Shown: positions 40,333 through 50,942, numbered from the stretch's first letter. The stretch: 64,000 bases of DNA from Acidimicrobiia bacterium (GCA_041576165.1 JBFGLM010000010.1:32001-96000), one strand, 5' to 3'. The notes: generated by a model not told the origin, from the letters alone. Translations and numbers: made by a program.

Positions 40333-41400
40333 GTGCGTGCCGCGCTGGTTGGCCTGGGGCGCTGGGCCGAGGCCCACATGGCCGCAGCTCGACGCTCGGA
40401 GCTAGTTGACATTGTTGCGTGTTTCACGCGATCTGAGGAGAAGCGGGCGGCGTTTGCTACGAAGCACGGGATTGAGGTCGAAGCGCCGTCGTACACAGCT
40501 CTGCTCGAGCACCCCGGCATCGACGCCGTCGTGCTGTCAACCCCCAACGACACTCACGTGACCATGACCCGGATGGCGCTTGTGGCGGGCAAGGCGGTCC
40601 TCGTCGACAAACCGGTCTCGGTCGACACTGCCGAAGGGCTGTCGCTGTTTCGTTCGATCGGAGCTGGCCCGCCGGTTGCAGTGGCCCACCACGCCCGGCG
40701 TCTGGCAGGGCACCGCGCCCAGAAAGGCTGGATCGAGTCCGGAGAGGCCGGTGAGGTGCGGATGGCTCAGGCGGCATTCTCCAACATCCGAGGCGCGTCG
40801 ATGGCGCCCGAAGCCTGGCATCGACACGTGCGGGGCTCGGAGGCGGGTGTGCTGATCCAGGTTGGTATTCATCATGTCGACAACCTGCTTCATCTGCTTG
40901 GACCGGCGGTGACGGTCAATGCCCGCTTCGGCTACGGCGACCTCGGTCCGAGTATGCCGATAAGCGCCGCTGTGATCATCACGCATGCCTCGGGGTCGAT
41001 CTCCACCGTGACCAGCAGCTGGACGTCGCCCAGCCAGTATCGCCTCGCCGTAGAGGCCACCCTGGGCACAACGGAATACACACTCGACCACACCAAGTGG
41101 ACCAGTGCCCAGGTCGACGCCGCCGGCAGGCTGGCGCTGGCTCCCGCCGGGGAGCCAAGTCACGTGTACCCGACCACCGCGGGCGACCCGCTGCGCGATC
41201 AGCTGGATGACCTGGCGCGGGCGCTGCGGGCGGACGTCTCGCCGGGGGTTACGGTGCTCGAGGGCCTGCGGGCAGTAGCAGTCGTCGAAGCCGCGGTCCG
41301 GTCGGCTGGGGATCTTGGGGCCCCTGTAGACATTGCGCGGATGATGGGTGAAGCCGGCGGAACCCCGGAAGAAATCGTCGCGCTCACCGGCGGTCAATGA
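40333..41400 (+). CDS. Gfo/Idh/MocA oxidoreductase (group A)
   Basis: GLGRW, ACFTR, STPNDTH, VDKP. Confidence 0.88.
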   Translation: MRAALVGLGRWAEAHMAAARRSELVDIVACFTRSEEKRAAFATKHGIEVEAPSYTALLEHPGIDAVVLSTPNDTHVTMTRMALVAGKAVLVDKPVSVDTAEGLSLFRSIGAGPPVAVAHHARRLAGHRAQKGWIESGEAGEVRMAQAAFSNIRGASMAPEAWHRHVRGSEAGVLIQVGIHHVDNLLHLLGPAVTVNARFGYGDLGPSMPISAAVIITHASGSISTVTSSWTSPSQYRLAVEATLGTTEYTLDHTKWTSAQVDAAGRLALAPAGEPSHVYPTTAGDPLRDQLDDLARALRADVSPGVTVLEGLRAVAVVEAAVRSAGDLGAPVDIARMMGEAGGTPEEIVALTGGQ

Positions 41401-42578
41401 TCGCGGCGAGCGGGAGTGTGCCCGCTGGTCCGTGACAGGCCGTCAAAGGGACTGTCTGTGCCGATGACAACGCGATCGCCGCCAGCCGCGGTCGCGTCGG
41501 CTACCGCGTCGGAGGCTGCGTGCAGGGCCCGCTCCGGGTCGCTGGGGTAGACGAACGCCACTCCGATGGAAACAGTCACCTGCGTGTCCTCGCCGGGAGC
41601 GCCGCCCGGGATGACGATCGTCTTGATGGCCTCACGGATGCGGTTCAGCACAGAGAGCGTCTGATCGCTGCGCATGTTGCGCAGGAGCACACAGAACTCA
41701 TCGGCGTCGAACCGGTAGATGGCATCGTGCTCACGGACTTGAGCTCTGAGCACATCTGCGACGGTTGCCACAACCTGATCTTCGATTGTCGGACCGAAGT
41801 CCTCGATCATCCGCCGGAAGTCATCAATGTCAAGCAGCGCCAGCGCCACGCTGGCCTGACGCCGGTCCACCCTGCGGAGGTCGGCTTCCAGCTGGCTGCG
41901 CTGGGAAAATCCCGTCACCCGATCCCGGCTGGCTTCGCTCTGCCGCCGAAGGTCATGGTGCGAGCGAAGTGCGTCGGCGACGGCTGGAGCCAGCCGCGAC
42001 AGGACATGTTGTTCGGTGACCGTGAACGGCCGATCCGGGTCCCGCACCGCGACGAGCACGCCGGCCACTGCCTGGCCGAGCGTGACCGGTACGCCCAGCA
42101 GGGCGACCGAGCGGCCCCCGCCTGGCTGAGTTACGACGTTGGCAATCTGATTGCTCACGGCCACGTCGCGCACGAACCCCCGCTCATGTCCCGGGTTGAT
42201 GACCAGAGTCCCAGAGCCGCGATCGATCACGAGCCTGCGGTCGTGGACGGGCACGAACGCTGCGCGTTCCGTGTCCAGCAGCTCGGCCGCCTGGCGCGCA
42301 GCGATGGCCGCGATCTGCTGTTCCGATTCGGCTCGCTGGAGCGCCGATGAAGCAGCTGTCAGCCGCTGCAACACCGGAGCGACCACCCGGTCGGCCCGGC
42401 GGCGCCGATAGAGCAACCAGACGGCGGTTGCCAGGAAGATCAAGCCCAACAGGACGGTCTGCCACCCTGTGGCTGCGCCCGAAGCCGCCCACACCACCAG
42501 GGTTGCCAGGATCGTCAGGATCGCCAGGCTCGTCACGACGGCCGGCAACCCATCGGACACTCCGCCAAACCTGTCCAT
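41394..42578 (-). CDS. Membrane GAF + degenerate GGDEF protein
   Basis: 2 TM helices; GAF-like domain; D.VTG, LDIDDFR, YRFDADEF, VTVSIG. Confidence 0.82.
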   Translation of the reverse strand: MDRFGGVSDGLPAVVTSLAILTILATLVVWAASGAATGWQTVLLGLIFLATAVWLLYRRRRADRVVAPVLQRLTAASSALQRAESEQQIAAIAARQAAELLDTERAAFVPVHDRRLVIDRGSGTLVINPGHERGFVRDVAVSNQIANVVTQPGGGRSVALLGVPVTLGQAVAGVLVAVRDPDRPFTVTEQHVLSRLAPAVADALRSHHDLRRQSEASRDRVTGFSQRSQLEADLRRVDRRQASVALALLDIDDFRRMIEDFGPTIEDQVVATVADVLRAQVREHDAIYRFDADEFCVLLRNMRSDQTLSVLNRIREAIKTIVIPGGAPGEDTQVTVSIGVAFVYPSDPERALHAASDAVADATAAGGDRVVIGTDSPFDGLSRTSGHTPARRDH

Positions 42579-42622
42579 TCTCAGCTATCGACTCCCGACG
42601 AGGGGCGGTGAAGGATTTTGGA

Positions 42623-45181
42623 TCACAGGCTCCAACGGGTCGGTTCGGCCGGGTCGTAGCAACAGAACCGGCCGGTCGATACAGACCGATCGAGGTGTTT
42701 GCCCAGGGCAGGGTGAAGATCCTCGATCTTGCGGATGGCGGAGCGGATCCGAGCGGTCACGGCCGATCGAGCTCGTTCGGCCGTGTCACCTTGTGGACGG
42801 GGTCGTCCGGCCAGGCCGTACGACTCGGCGACGTACTGGAGGAGTGAATCCAGCTCGACGCGCGCCCGCTCGGCCCGATGCGGGTCGTTGGCCATTTCGG
42901 CGTCGCCGATGACCGCCTCGAGATCCTCGATGCGCGCCTGGACCTGCTGTCGGGCCTCGTCGTCGACGGCACCTCCGAGATCGGACTCGACAACGCGAGC
43001 GCCCATGAGGTCCATGGCCGGAATCTCCCGGCCGGCTGCGCCGATCAGCGTGTGGAGGTCGCCGAGACCTTTGCTGTCTGGCATCTGCACACTGGTCCCG
43101 GCGTAAGTGAGATTCCACAGATCACCTTGCTGCTGGAAGCGGTTCGCGGCGTCCGTGGCGACGCTGTGGCGCTCTATGTCTTGCTTGGAGCGGAGTTTTC
43201 GACCGATTTCGGCGATGCTGAGGGGTGCGGCGTCATCAGCATCGGGGACTGGGCCAACCCTGTTGAGTAACTCCTTCTCGTACGTGCCGAGGGCGCTGGT
43301 TTCGTACACCGCAGAGGTGGCCGCCGTACGGCGCGCTGTCTCGAATTCACTGCGGCGGGCAAAAAGTGCCGCGGCGACGTCAAGCGCAAGAGTTATGTCG
43401 GTCCGGTTTCGCACACGGTCGTACTCGTGCAGGGAGATCTGGAGATGATCAGCTGCCTCGGAAAGTTCGCCGGAGAGCATCGAAGACACCGCCAGGTGGA
43501 CGTGGGACGTAGCGATGGCCCACCAGTTGTTGACGGCCTCGGCGACATCGAGCACATCGGTGACGATGGATCGGGCTCGCAGCGGGTCCTCCCACATGGT
43601 GACCCATGCGAGGAACAGCGATACCCACGCATGCGACAGCGGATAGCGTTCGCCTTCCCGCCGCAACTCCTCGAGCTCTTGGATTGCTCCGGCAACGTCG
43701 CCCTCGCGTCCTTTGGTAATCGCGCCGTGCATCGCCGCTTCGATGGCGATGGCCGGGTCGTTGAAGCTGCGTGCCAGCGCCGCCCCGGTGTTGAAATGTT
43801 CCAGCGCCTGGGCCCAGTTGGCGTCACTGCGAGCGAACTGGCCGAGTGTCCGATGCGCGTGGGCCGCCCCCATGCCGTCCGGCTGCTCCAAAGCTGAGCG
43901 AGCGGCTGATTCCGCCTCGGCCCGCCTGCCGGCGATGCGCTCCATTGCGGCGAGGATCCCGAGCAGCAGGCCTCGGTCGGCCGACGGTTCCGTCCATTTG
44001 TCGAGTACCGCTCTGATCACGGCCGCGACCTCGGCCTGGTATCCGACGTCTTCCATCCACCACAATGGGCTGATCAGTGAGTATGCCCGGCTCGGGGAAT
44101 CGTCTCGCTCCAGGCAACGTTCCACTGCCCAGCGAATGGTGCGGAACGAGCCGCGCAACTCATGCGGTACTTCTGCGCTGGCCTCCCGGCTGAGCTCGCT
44201 CAGTTTCCGGGATCGCTCAGCCAGATGGGTGATGAGCCTTTGCTCAACTGCGAGTGCCTCGCCGGAGACCGCGAGCCGTTCGGCGGCGAAGGTACGGATC
44301 GTGTCGAGGAGGCGGTACCACGAGCGACCTGCTACCGGCTCGAACACGAGCAGCGACTGTTCAACAAGCGCAGAGAGGTCATCAATGATGGCGGCCGGCC
44401 GGCCCATCACGTAACCAGCCATCTCGGCGGTGAACGGACCCGGGAACACGGCCAGCCGGTTGAGCAACCGCTGCTTGCCCGGGTCCAGTAGGGCGTAGGA
44501 CCAGGCGATCGCTGCGGCCAAGCTCTGGTGACGGTCCGGCACAGAACGGCGGGGTGAAGACAAGACGTCCAGGCGGGCAGCCAGGTTGGCCGCCATCTCC
44601 GCCGCCGTCATGGAGCTCGAGCGGGCCGCGGCCAGTTCCAGCGCAAGCGGTAGGCCGTCCAGGCGCCGGCACAGATCGATGATGTCGGCTTCGGCGTCGC
44701 GCAGATTCACGCCGCGGCGGGCGGCCGCTTGCCGGAACAGCTCGACGCCGGGTGAGTCGAATCCGTCCACCGGCAGCGGCCGCAGCCGGATCACGTATTC
44801 GCCGTCAACGTTGAGGGGCTCTCGACTGGTGGCCAGAACTCGAATGCCCGGGTTTAGGGCGATGAATCCCTCGGCCAGCCGCACGGCAGCCCCCACGATG
44901 TGCTCGCAGTTGTCCAGGATGATCAGGCGCGGTTCGCGCTGGAGGGCTTCCGCCATCTTGGCGTAAGCACTGAAGCCGGACGCACCCGCGACCTGTTCTT
45001 TTAGGCCGCCCGGTTCGAGCGGCGCCAACAGCGCAGTGACGTGTGGCTCGCTCCTGCGCTCGACGGCAGCGAGTGCGAGGCTGGTCTTGCCCACGCCGCC
45101 CGGTCCAGTGATTGTGACCAGGCGAGCCCTGTCTAGCGCGTCCCCAACAGCTGCGATCTCCGCATCGCGACCGATCAACAT
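42623..45181 (-). CDS. STAND-class ATPase regulator with TPR region and C-terminal domain
   Basis: GPGGVGKT, LDNCEH, TSRE.L, LDGLPLALELAA; C-terminal ERAR.AVT.RIR..HL..SV.TG.FC.Y. Confidence 0.85.
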   Translation of the reverse strand: MLIGRDAEIAAVGDALDRARLVTITGPGGVGKTSLALAAVERRSEPHVTALLAPLEPGGLKEQVAGASGFSAYAKMAEALQREPRLIILDNCEHIVGAAVRLAEGFIALNPGIRVLATSREPLNVDGEYVIRLRPLPVDGFDSPGVELFRQAAARRGVNLRDAEADIIDLCRRLDGLPLALELAAARSSSMTAAEMAANLAARLDVLSSPRRSVPDRHQSLAAAIAWSYALLDPGKQRLLNRLAVFPGPFTAEMAGYVMGRPAAIIDDLSALVEQSLLVFEPVAGRSWYRLLDTIRTFAAERLAVSGEALAVEQRLITHLAERSRKLSELSREASAEVPHELRGSFRTIRWAVERCLERDDSPSRAYSLISPLWWMEDVGYQAEVAAVIRAVLDKWTEPSADRGLLLGILAAMERIAGRRAEAESAARSALEQPDGMGAAHAHRTLGQFARSDANWAQALEHFNTGAALARSFNDPAIAIEAAMHGAITKGREGDVAGAIQELEELRREGERYPLSHAWVSLFLAWVTMWEDPLRARSIVTDVLDVAEAVNNWWAIATSHVHLAVSSMLSGELSEAADHLQISLHEYDRVRNRTDITLALDVAAALFARRSEFETARRTAATSAVYETSALGTYEKELLNRVGPVPDADDAAPLSIAEIGRKLRSKQDIERHSVATDAANRFQQQGDLWNLTYAGTSVQMPDSKGLGDLHTLIGAAGREIPAMDLMGARVVESDLGGAVDDEARQQVQARIEDLEAVIGDAEMANDPHRAERARVELDSLLQYVAESYGLAGRPRPQGDTAERARSAVTARIRSAIRKIEDLHPALGKHLDRSVSTGRFCCYDPAEPTRWSL

Positions 45182-45385
45182 CCCTTGAATCCTCGCGAAC
45201 TACACGCGGCCGCCGCAGCCTCTTTGTGATGTCACCCGATTCCCTACGGCGGTCGTCAGTACCAATGGAGCCCATACTGGACGTATCGTGCAACTGGGCG
45301 CATGCTCGAATTGTGATGGGACCGCTGCGGGGTGGGTTGCACGCGCACCGCAAATGGGTTCCTGACTTTCTTCGGGAGGAAACAC

Positions 45386-45778
45386 ATGAAGTGGTGGGTG
45401 CTCGAGCTGATCACCTTCGGGGTTCTGGTGGCAATCACCCTGCTGCTGGGACCGCTCATCAAACGGTTCGGACGGGCGTACGCAGCAGACGTGTTTCGGG
45501 CCAATCCACGGACCGGCAAGAGTTACATCGTCTTGATGGACATCGCGTACTACCTGATCTTCACGGCGTACATCCTGTTCACCACCGTGTTTGAGCGCCA
45601 GTCCGGCTGGAGCGAGACAGTCAGCGCCGATCAGCTCCGGGTCAGCACGGTACGCCTCGGCGCCCTGCTCCTCATCATGGGCGTGCTGCACGGCGCCAAC
45701 GTGCTGAGCCTGCCGATCGTCGGGAGGCTGCTTGGTCTCAGCCGTCGCCTCGACGACGACACCGCAGAAGCTGCATGA
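45386..45778 (+). CDS. Small membrane protein, paralog of the downstream anti-sigma-like TM domain
   Basis: GGAGG RBS; 3 TM helices; GP.I.RFG, DIAYYLIF.AYI. Confidence 0.8.
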   Translation: MKWWVLELITFGVLVAITLLLGPLIKRFGRAYAADVFRANPRTGKSYIVLMDIAYYLIFTAYILFTTVFERQSGWSETVSADQLRVSTVRLGALLLIMGVLHGANVLSLPIVGRLLGLSRRLDDDTAEAA

Positions 45779-46362
45779 CGGCGCTGGAACTGGCGCTGGG
45801 GGGCCGGCGATGGCTGTTGATGGCCGCCGAAGTCGCTCGCAGCGCCATCTCCGCCGTCACGCCCCGCACGCGCGACGCCCTTGTCACAGAGTTGTTCGAA
45901 GCCGAAGGGGCCTCCTTGGTCCGCCTCGCCCGGTTGTTCACCGATGATCGGAATGCCGCCGAAGACATCGTCCAGGAGGCATTCATCCGGCTGCACAGAT
46001 CCGCGCACCGCATCCAGGATCCCACCAAGGCTGCCGCGTACCTCAGATCGATCGTCATGAACCTCACCCGCGACCACAACCGGCGAGGGCTGATGTCCTT
46101 GCGACACCAGGAAGCGATGCCCTCCGGGACCGTTCCGGAGCTCCCTGAGGACGTTCTCGCCGGTGACTCCGAGCGAATGGCCATCATCGATGCCATCCGT
46201 GAACTATCGCCGCGCCAGCGCGATTGCCTCTTGTTGCGTTACTACGCGGAGCTCAGCGAGCGAGAGATCGCCCAGGTGCTGGGAATCTCCCCCAACTCCG
46301 TGAAGACCCATTGCCGCCGCGGTCTCGAAGCGTTACGCGCCTCCGTGAGGGTCGAGCTATGA
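45775..46362 (+). CDS. ECF sigma factor (SigE-like)
   Basis: AED.VQEAF region 2; LSPRQR...LRYY..LSE.EIA..LGIS..SVK region 4. Confidence 0.92.
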   Translation: MTALELALGGRRWLLMAAEVARSAISAVTPRTRDALVTELFEAEGASLVRLARLFTDDRNAAEDIVQEAFIRLHRSAHRIQDPTKAAAYLRSIVMNLTRDHNRRGLMSLRHQEAMPSGTVPELPEDVLAGDSERMAIIDAIRELSPRQRDCLLLRYYAELSEREIAQVLGISPNSVKTHCRRGLEALRASVRVEL

Positions 46363-47105
46363 CGTTCGAGCAGCGAGTACAAGACGCACTGCGGGTGGCA
46401 GATGATTACGAACCCAGTCCCGATCTGTTCGACAAGGTCTGGCGTTCGATCGAAGAGGACGCCGCTCACCGGGTCCGGGTCCGGCGCACTGTTCTGTGGC
46501 TCGGGGCAGCAGTCGCTGTGATCGTGCTCGTGCTCTGGCCTTCCGTCGACTTCTCCGATGGCCGGCCCGCGATGGATTTCGCCGTGCTCGAATGGCTCGT
46601 GACCGCCGTGATGGCGGCTGTGGTGCTCGTGATGGGTCCGGCCATCCGGCGGTTCGGCGAGTTGTTCGAGCAGCAGGTGTTTGCCGCTTCTCCCGATACC
46701 GGAGTTCGTTTTCTCCGCCTGCTCGACATCGCCTACTACTTGATCTTTTCGGCGTACATCTTCCTGACGCTCCAGTTCGAGCCCACGGCGGCGTGGGGCC
46801 CGGTCGACAGCCTGGGGGCCTGGACCCGGGGCCAGCTCGAACGCCTGGGCGGATTGCTGCTCACCATGGGTGCCCTGCACGCGCTGTTGTTGTTGGCACT
46901 CCCGGTGGTTGGGCTGGTCGTGTCGGCCAACGAGCGTCGCTGGCGTCGGGCGCGGCTGGGCGCGGCGGCGCCTCCGCCCGATCCAGTCGCGCAGCGGATC
47001 GATATGGTGATCACGGTTTCCGCTTGGGTCCTGGCTGCGCTGGTGGCTCTGCAGCTGGCGTTTATTGTCATCAACATGGTCCTGCTCGGATTGGGCGGCG
47101 CCTGA
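46359..47105 (+). CDS. Putative membrane anti-sigma factor
   Basis: ATGA coupling to the sigma gene; cytoplasmic EQRV.DAL....PSPDL helix, then multiple TMs. Confidence 0.7.
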   Translation: MTFEQRVQDALRVADDYEPSPDLFDKVWRSIEEDAAHRVRVRRTVLWLGAAVAVIVLVLWPSVDFSDGRPAMDFAVLEWLVTAVMAAVVLVMGPAIRRFGELFEQQVFAASPDTGVRFLRLLDIAYYLIFSAYIFLTLQFEPTAAWGPVDSLGAWTRGQLERLGGLLLTMGALHALLLLALPVVGLVVSANERRWRRARLGAAAPPPDPVAQRIDMVITVSAWVLAALVALQLAFIVINMVLLGLGGA

Positions 47106-47363
47106 GGGATGTCGCCGTGGACCGGGCCTCACCGATCTGTCGATTGCACTGGTACATCCCGGCGGGTCTGAGCATCGGCTCATCGACAGCCTCACCGCCA
47201 ACGCATCGCTCGAGCCCTCTCGGTGCTCGAAGCCGGCGGTACCGCTACAGGCTTGGCCAAGTAGATTCACATTGCCGCCTCGCGTCTCGTGGTCCTGCGC
47301 CCGCACGGTACCGATGAGCGGCGAGAGCGACCGAACGGGTGGAAGGAGGCGACTACGCCAGAT

Positions 47364-50300
47364 GTGCTGATCCGGGTCCTCGGCCCGATCGTGGTGGAAT
47401 CAGCGGGTACGGCCGTCGCGCTTGGGGGAGCGCAGGCCCGCTGCCTCCTCAGCGCCCTGGTACTCCATGCGGGCCGGCCCGCCTCCACCGAGGCCCTGAT
47501 CGACGCGCTCTGGGGGGAGGAACCGCCCCTGACCGCGGCCAAGATCATCCATAAGCACGTCTCCCAGCTGCGCAAGCGCCTCGGATCGGTGCTCGTCACG
47601 ACCGACGGTGGGTACGCGCTGGACCTCAGAGAGGTGACCGTGGACGCCGCCGAGTTCGAGTCGATGCTGCAGCAAGCATCCTTGGCCGCTGAGCCTGCCG
47701 AGGTCGTCAGCGTCATCTCCGGCGCCTTGGGTCTGTGGCGTGGGAAGCCATACGCGAACCTCTCCGACTTCCCGGCTGCGCTGGCCGAAGTCACCCGCCT
47801 CGAGGAGTTGCGGCTGGCGGCGACAGAAGACCTCCTCGAGTCCGAACTCGAGCTCGGCCGGTCGAGTGAGCTGGTGGGCCGGGTCGAGGACCTGGTGGCT
47901 CAATACCCTCTGCGAGAGAAGCTGTGGAGTCACCTGATGCTGGCCCTGTACCGCTCGGGCCGTCAGGCAGAGGCGCTCCGCGCCTACCAACGGCTGAGGA
48001 GCCTCCTGGCCGAGGAGCTGGGCATTGACCCTTCGCCCGAGGTTCAGGCGCTCGAGGAGCGGATTCTGAACCAGGAACCAGATCTCGTCGAGCATGGCCT
48101 TCAATCCGAGCACACCGCGCTGCCCCACGGCACCGTGACATTTCTGATGACTGATATCGAGGGTTCCACTCGCCTATGGGAAGCCTCGCCGGCCGCGATG
48201 GCCGAGGCGGTATCCCACCATGACCAGATTCTGAGGATTGCAATCGCCTCCCACCGGGGCCATGTGGTCAAGGGCCTTGGCGACGGCTTGCTCGCGGCTT
48301 TCGATTCCGCACAGGCCGCCGCCGCAGCAGCCGTCGATGCGCAGCGCGATCTGCAACCGGTCTCACTACTGGCCACCAAGGTCCGGATTGCGTTGCACTC
48401 CGACGAGGCCGAGCTCGAGACCGGGGGCGACTATTTCGGCCTGCCGCTCAGCCGTGTCGCCCGCTTGGTGGACGCCGCCAGAGGGGGTCAGATCCTGCTG
48501 TCCGAATCGACGAAGACCTTGGTGGACGACCGGCTCCCATCGGAGGCATCCATCGACGACTTGGGTGAATACAGACTGAGCGAGCTTTCGCAGCCGATCC
48601 ACATCTATCGCCTGCAGCATCCTGCTGTGTCGGCCGAGTTCATTCCCCTCCGAGCTCTTCCCGTGACGGCGACCAACCTGCCGGTCCAGCTGACCAGCTT
48701 CGTCGGCCGGGAGCAGGAGCGCTCGGAGTTGGAGGAGATACTCGCCGAGGCCAGAGTCGTCACCCTGATCGGGCCTGGCGGGTCAGGCAAAACGAGACTT
48801 GCCGTCGAGGTGGCCGCCGCCACGGGCGACGTCCGAGCCGACGGCGTGTGGTTCGTCGATCTCGCGCCTCTCACCTCTCCGGAACAGGTCGCAATCACCG
48901 TCGCCGCCCCTTTCGGCGTGAGCGGGGACACCGGGCGTCCGGCCGATGCTGTGCTCGCCGACTATCTGTCTGATCGGGCGGTGCGGCTGGTCATCGACAA
49001 CTGCGAGCACGTCATCGACGAGGTCGCCGACTTGGTGGCGAGGCTGCTGCAGGCGGCCCCACGGCTGCAGATCCTTGCGACGTCCCGCGAACGTCTCGGC
49101 GTGCCGGGGGAGGTTGCATTCGAGGTGCCGCCCCTGCCGCTGCCGGACCTCGACGATGTCCACGCCGTGGGCGATGCCGACGCCGTACGGCTCTTCGTTG
49201 ACAGAGCGCGCGCGTCCGATCCTCGATTCTCGCTTGCGGGCGATAATGCGCGCACCGTCGCACAGGTTTGTCGGCGGTTGGATGGGATCCCGCTTGCCAT
49301 CGAGCTGGCGGCAGCTCGCGTTCGCGCCTTCTCCCCGCAGCAGCTGACGGCTTTGCTGGACGACCGATTCGCCTTGTTGACCTCGACGGTGCGAACGGGA
49401 CCGGAGCGGCATCGGACGCTCCAGGCGGCGGTCGATTGGAGCTACGGCCTGCTGGAGGAGGCCGACCAGATGCTCTTCCGCCGACTGTCCGCGTTCCGGG
49501 GAGGGTTCTCGCTCGAGGCGGCGCAGGGCGTTTGCGGCCGGCCGCCGCTCTCGGAAGGTGAGGTGCTCACCCGCTTACCGGCGCTGGTCGACAAGTCGCT
49601 GGTGCTGGTTGATCGCCGGCCCGAGAAGGAGGCGAGGTATCGGTTGCTCGAAACCCTGCGGGAGTTCGGCCATGAGCGCCTGGCTGATGGGGAACTGGCC
49701 GAGCTGGGTGCAGCCCATGCCCGGTACTTCGCCACACTGGCCGAAGAGGCGGAGTCGCATCTACGGGGACCGGACCAGAAGCGGTCGAATGCTCGCCTGG
49801 CGGCCGCTTACGACAACATCCGGGCCGCGCTCTCCTGGTCCTTTGCGAATGAACCGGAATTGGGCACCCGGCTGTCGGTGGCGATGTCGCACTACTGGGA
49901 TGCGGTCGGACCCAGGGTCGAGGCGCACAAATGGTTGGACCGGGCAGTCGCAGCTTCAGCAGATACGAGTCCAGAGGTGCGCATCGACGCGCGGCTGGCC
50001 GCGAACTACGTCTTCGTATCGGCCGAGCTGTCGTATGCGATCGAGTTTGCGAGAGAGGCATTGCGCGAGGCGGAGGAGATAGGTGACGAGCCGAGGCAGG
50101 GCAGAGCCATGCGGTCGCTGTGCTGGACGCTCGCCATGGGCGGTAACTACGAGGACGCCGTGCCGCTTGGAGAGCGAGCCCTCGCCATTTTCCGGCGGTT
50201 AGGCGATGACTGGGAGATCGCGTGGTGTCTCGAGCGGCTCGGACAGGCGGAGTTCCGCGATCCGAACCGTTCCCTTCGTTACAGCCGCGAGGGCCTCGCG

Positions 50301-50942
50301 CTGTGGCGTCAGATGGGGGATCGACGGCGAGCATGTATCACGCTCTACAAGATGGCGGAGCGGTGCCTGCAGGGAGCCGGAAGCCTCGATGACGCCGAGC
50401 GGTGGATGCGCGAGAGCCTGGCGATCAGCGACGACATGGAGCTCACCCACGACGCCGCGCACGCCCGAATCGTCTTTGGGCGGGTCCTGCGGGCCCAGGG
50501 GGCCACCGCCGCCGCGATCGGGGAGCTCGAACATGCCCTGGAAAGCCTGCGCAAACAAGGAGACCGGCGGTGCATGGTGCGGAGCCTCACCGCACTTGGG
50601 TTGGTTCGGCTCGACACCGGCGACTTCGATGCCGCCCGCGACGCGTTGGAGGAGAGCCTCCTCTTGGGCCGGAGACTCGAAGAGAAGATCACCCTGCGCC
50701 ACGCGTTCGCGGGCCTGGCCAGACTGCGGGCCGCAGCCGGCGACGCCGACGACGCCGTGGCGCTCTACGCGGCGATGGACCGGCTCAACCGCGATCTCGG
50801 CCTGGAGCATTCCCCAGAGGTCGAACTCGAGCGGCTCCGCGACGAGCTCGGCGCCGACCGCTTCGGTGACGCCTGGCGGCGCGGGCAAGCCATGACGGTT
50901 GACGAGGCAGCCGAGTACCTGATTGGAGCCCGGCCCGTTTAG
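47364..50942 (+). CDS. SARP (wHTH-BTAD) + class III cyclase + STAND ATPase + TPR regulator
   Basis: VLGP, ALYRSGRQAEAL, TFLMTDIEGST, GPGGSGKT, DNCEH, YRLLETLR; start approximate. Confidence 0.88.
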   Translation: MLIRVLGPIVVESAGTAVALGGAQARCLLSALVLHAGRPASTEALIDALWGEEPPLTAAKIIHKHVSQLRKRLGSVLVTTDGGYALDLREVTVDAAEFESMLQQASLAAEPAEVVSVISGALGLWRGKPYANLSDFPAALAEVTRLEELRLAATEDLLESELELGRSSELVGRVEDLVAQYPLREKLWSHLMLALYRSGRQAEALRAYQRLRSLLAEELGIDPSPEVQALEERILNQEPDLVEHGLQSEHTALPHGTVTFLMTDIEGSTRLWEASPAAMAEAVSHHDQILRIAIASHRGHVVKGLGDGLLAAFDSAQAAAAAAVDAQRDLQPVSLLATKVRIALHSDEAELETGGDYFGLPLSRVARLVDAARGGQILLSESTKTLVDDRLPSEASIDDLGEYRLSELSQPIHIYRLQHPAVSAEFIPLRALPVTATNLPVQLTSFVGREQERSELEEILAEARVVTLIGPGGSGKTRLAVEVAAATGDVRADGVWFVDLAPLTSPEQVAITVAAPFGVSGDTGRPADAVLADYLSDRAVRLVIDNCEHVIDEVADLVARLLQAAPRLQILATSRERLGVPGEVAFEVPPLPLPDLDDVHAVGDADAVRLFVDRARASDPRFSLAGDNARTVAQVCRRLDGIPLAIELAAARVRAFSPQQLTALLDDRFALLTSTVRTGPERHRTLQAAVDWSYGLLEEADQMLFRRLSAFRGGFSLEAAQGVCGRPPLSEGEVLTRLPALVDKSLVLVDRRPEKEARYRLLETLREFGHERLADGELAELGAAHARYFATLAEEAESHLRGPDQKRSNARLAAAYDNIRAALSWSFANEPELGTRLSVAMSHYWDAVGPRVEAHKWLDRAVAASADTSPEVRIDARLAANYVFVSAELSYAIEFAREALREAEEIGDEPRQGRAMRSLCWTLAMGGNYEDAVPLGERALAIFRRLGDDWEIAWCLERLGQAEFRDPNRSLRYSREGLALWRQMGDRRRACITLYKMAERCLQGAGSLDDAERWMRESLAISDDMELTHDAAHARIVFGRVLRAQGATAAAIGELEHALESLRKQGDRRCMVRSLTALGLVRLDTGDFDAARDALEESLLLGRRLEEKITLRHAFAGLARLRAAAGDADDAVALYAAMDRLNRDLGLEHSPEVELERLRDELGADRFGDAWRRGQAMTVDEAAEYLIGARPV

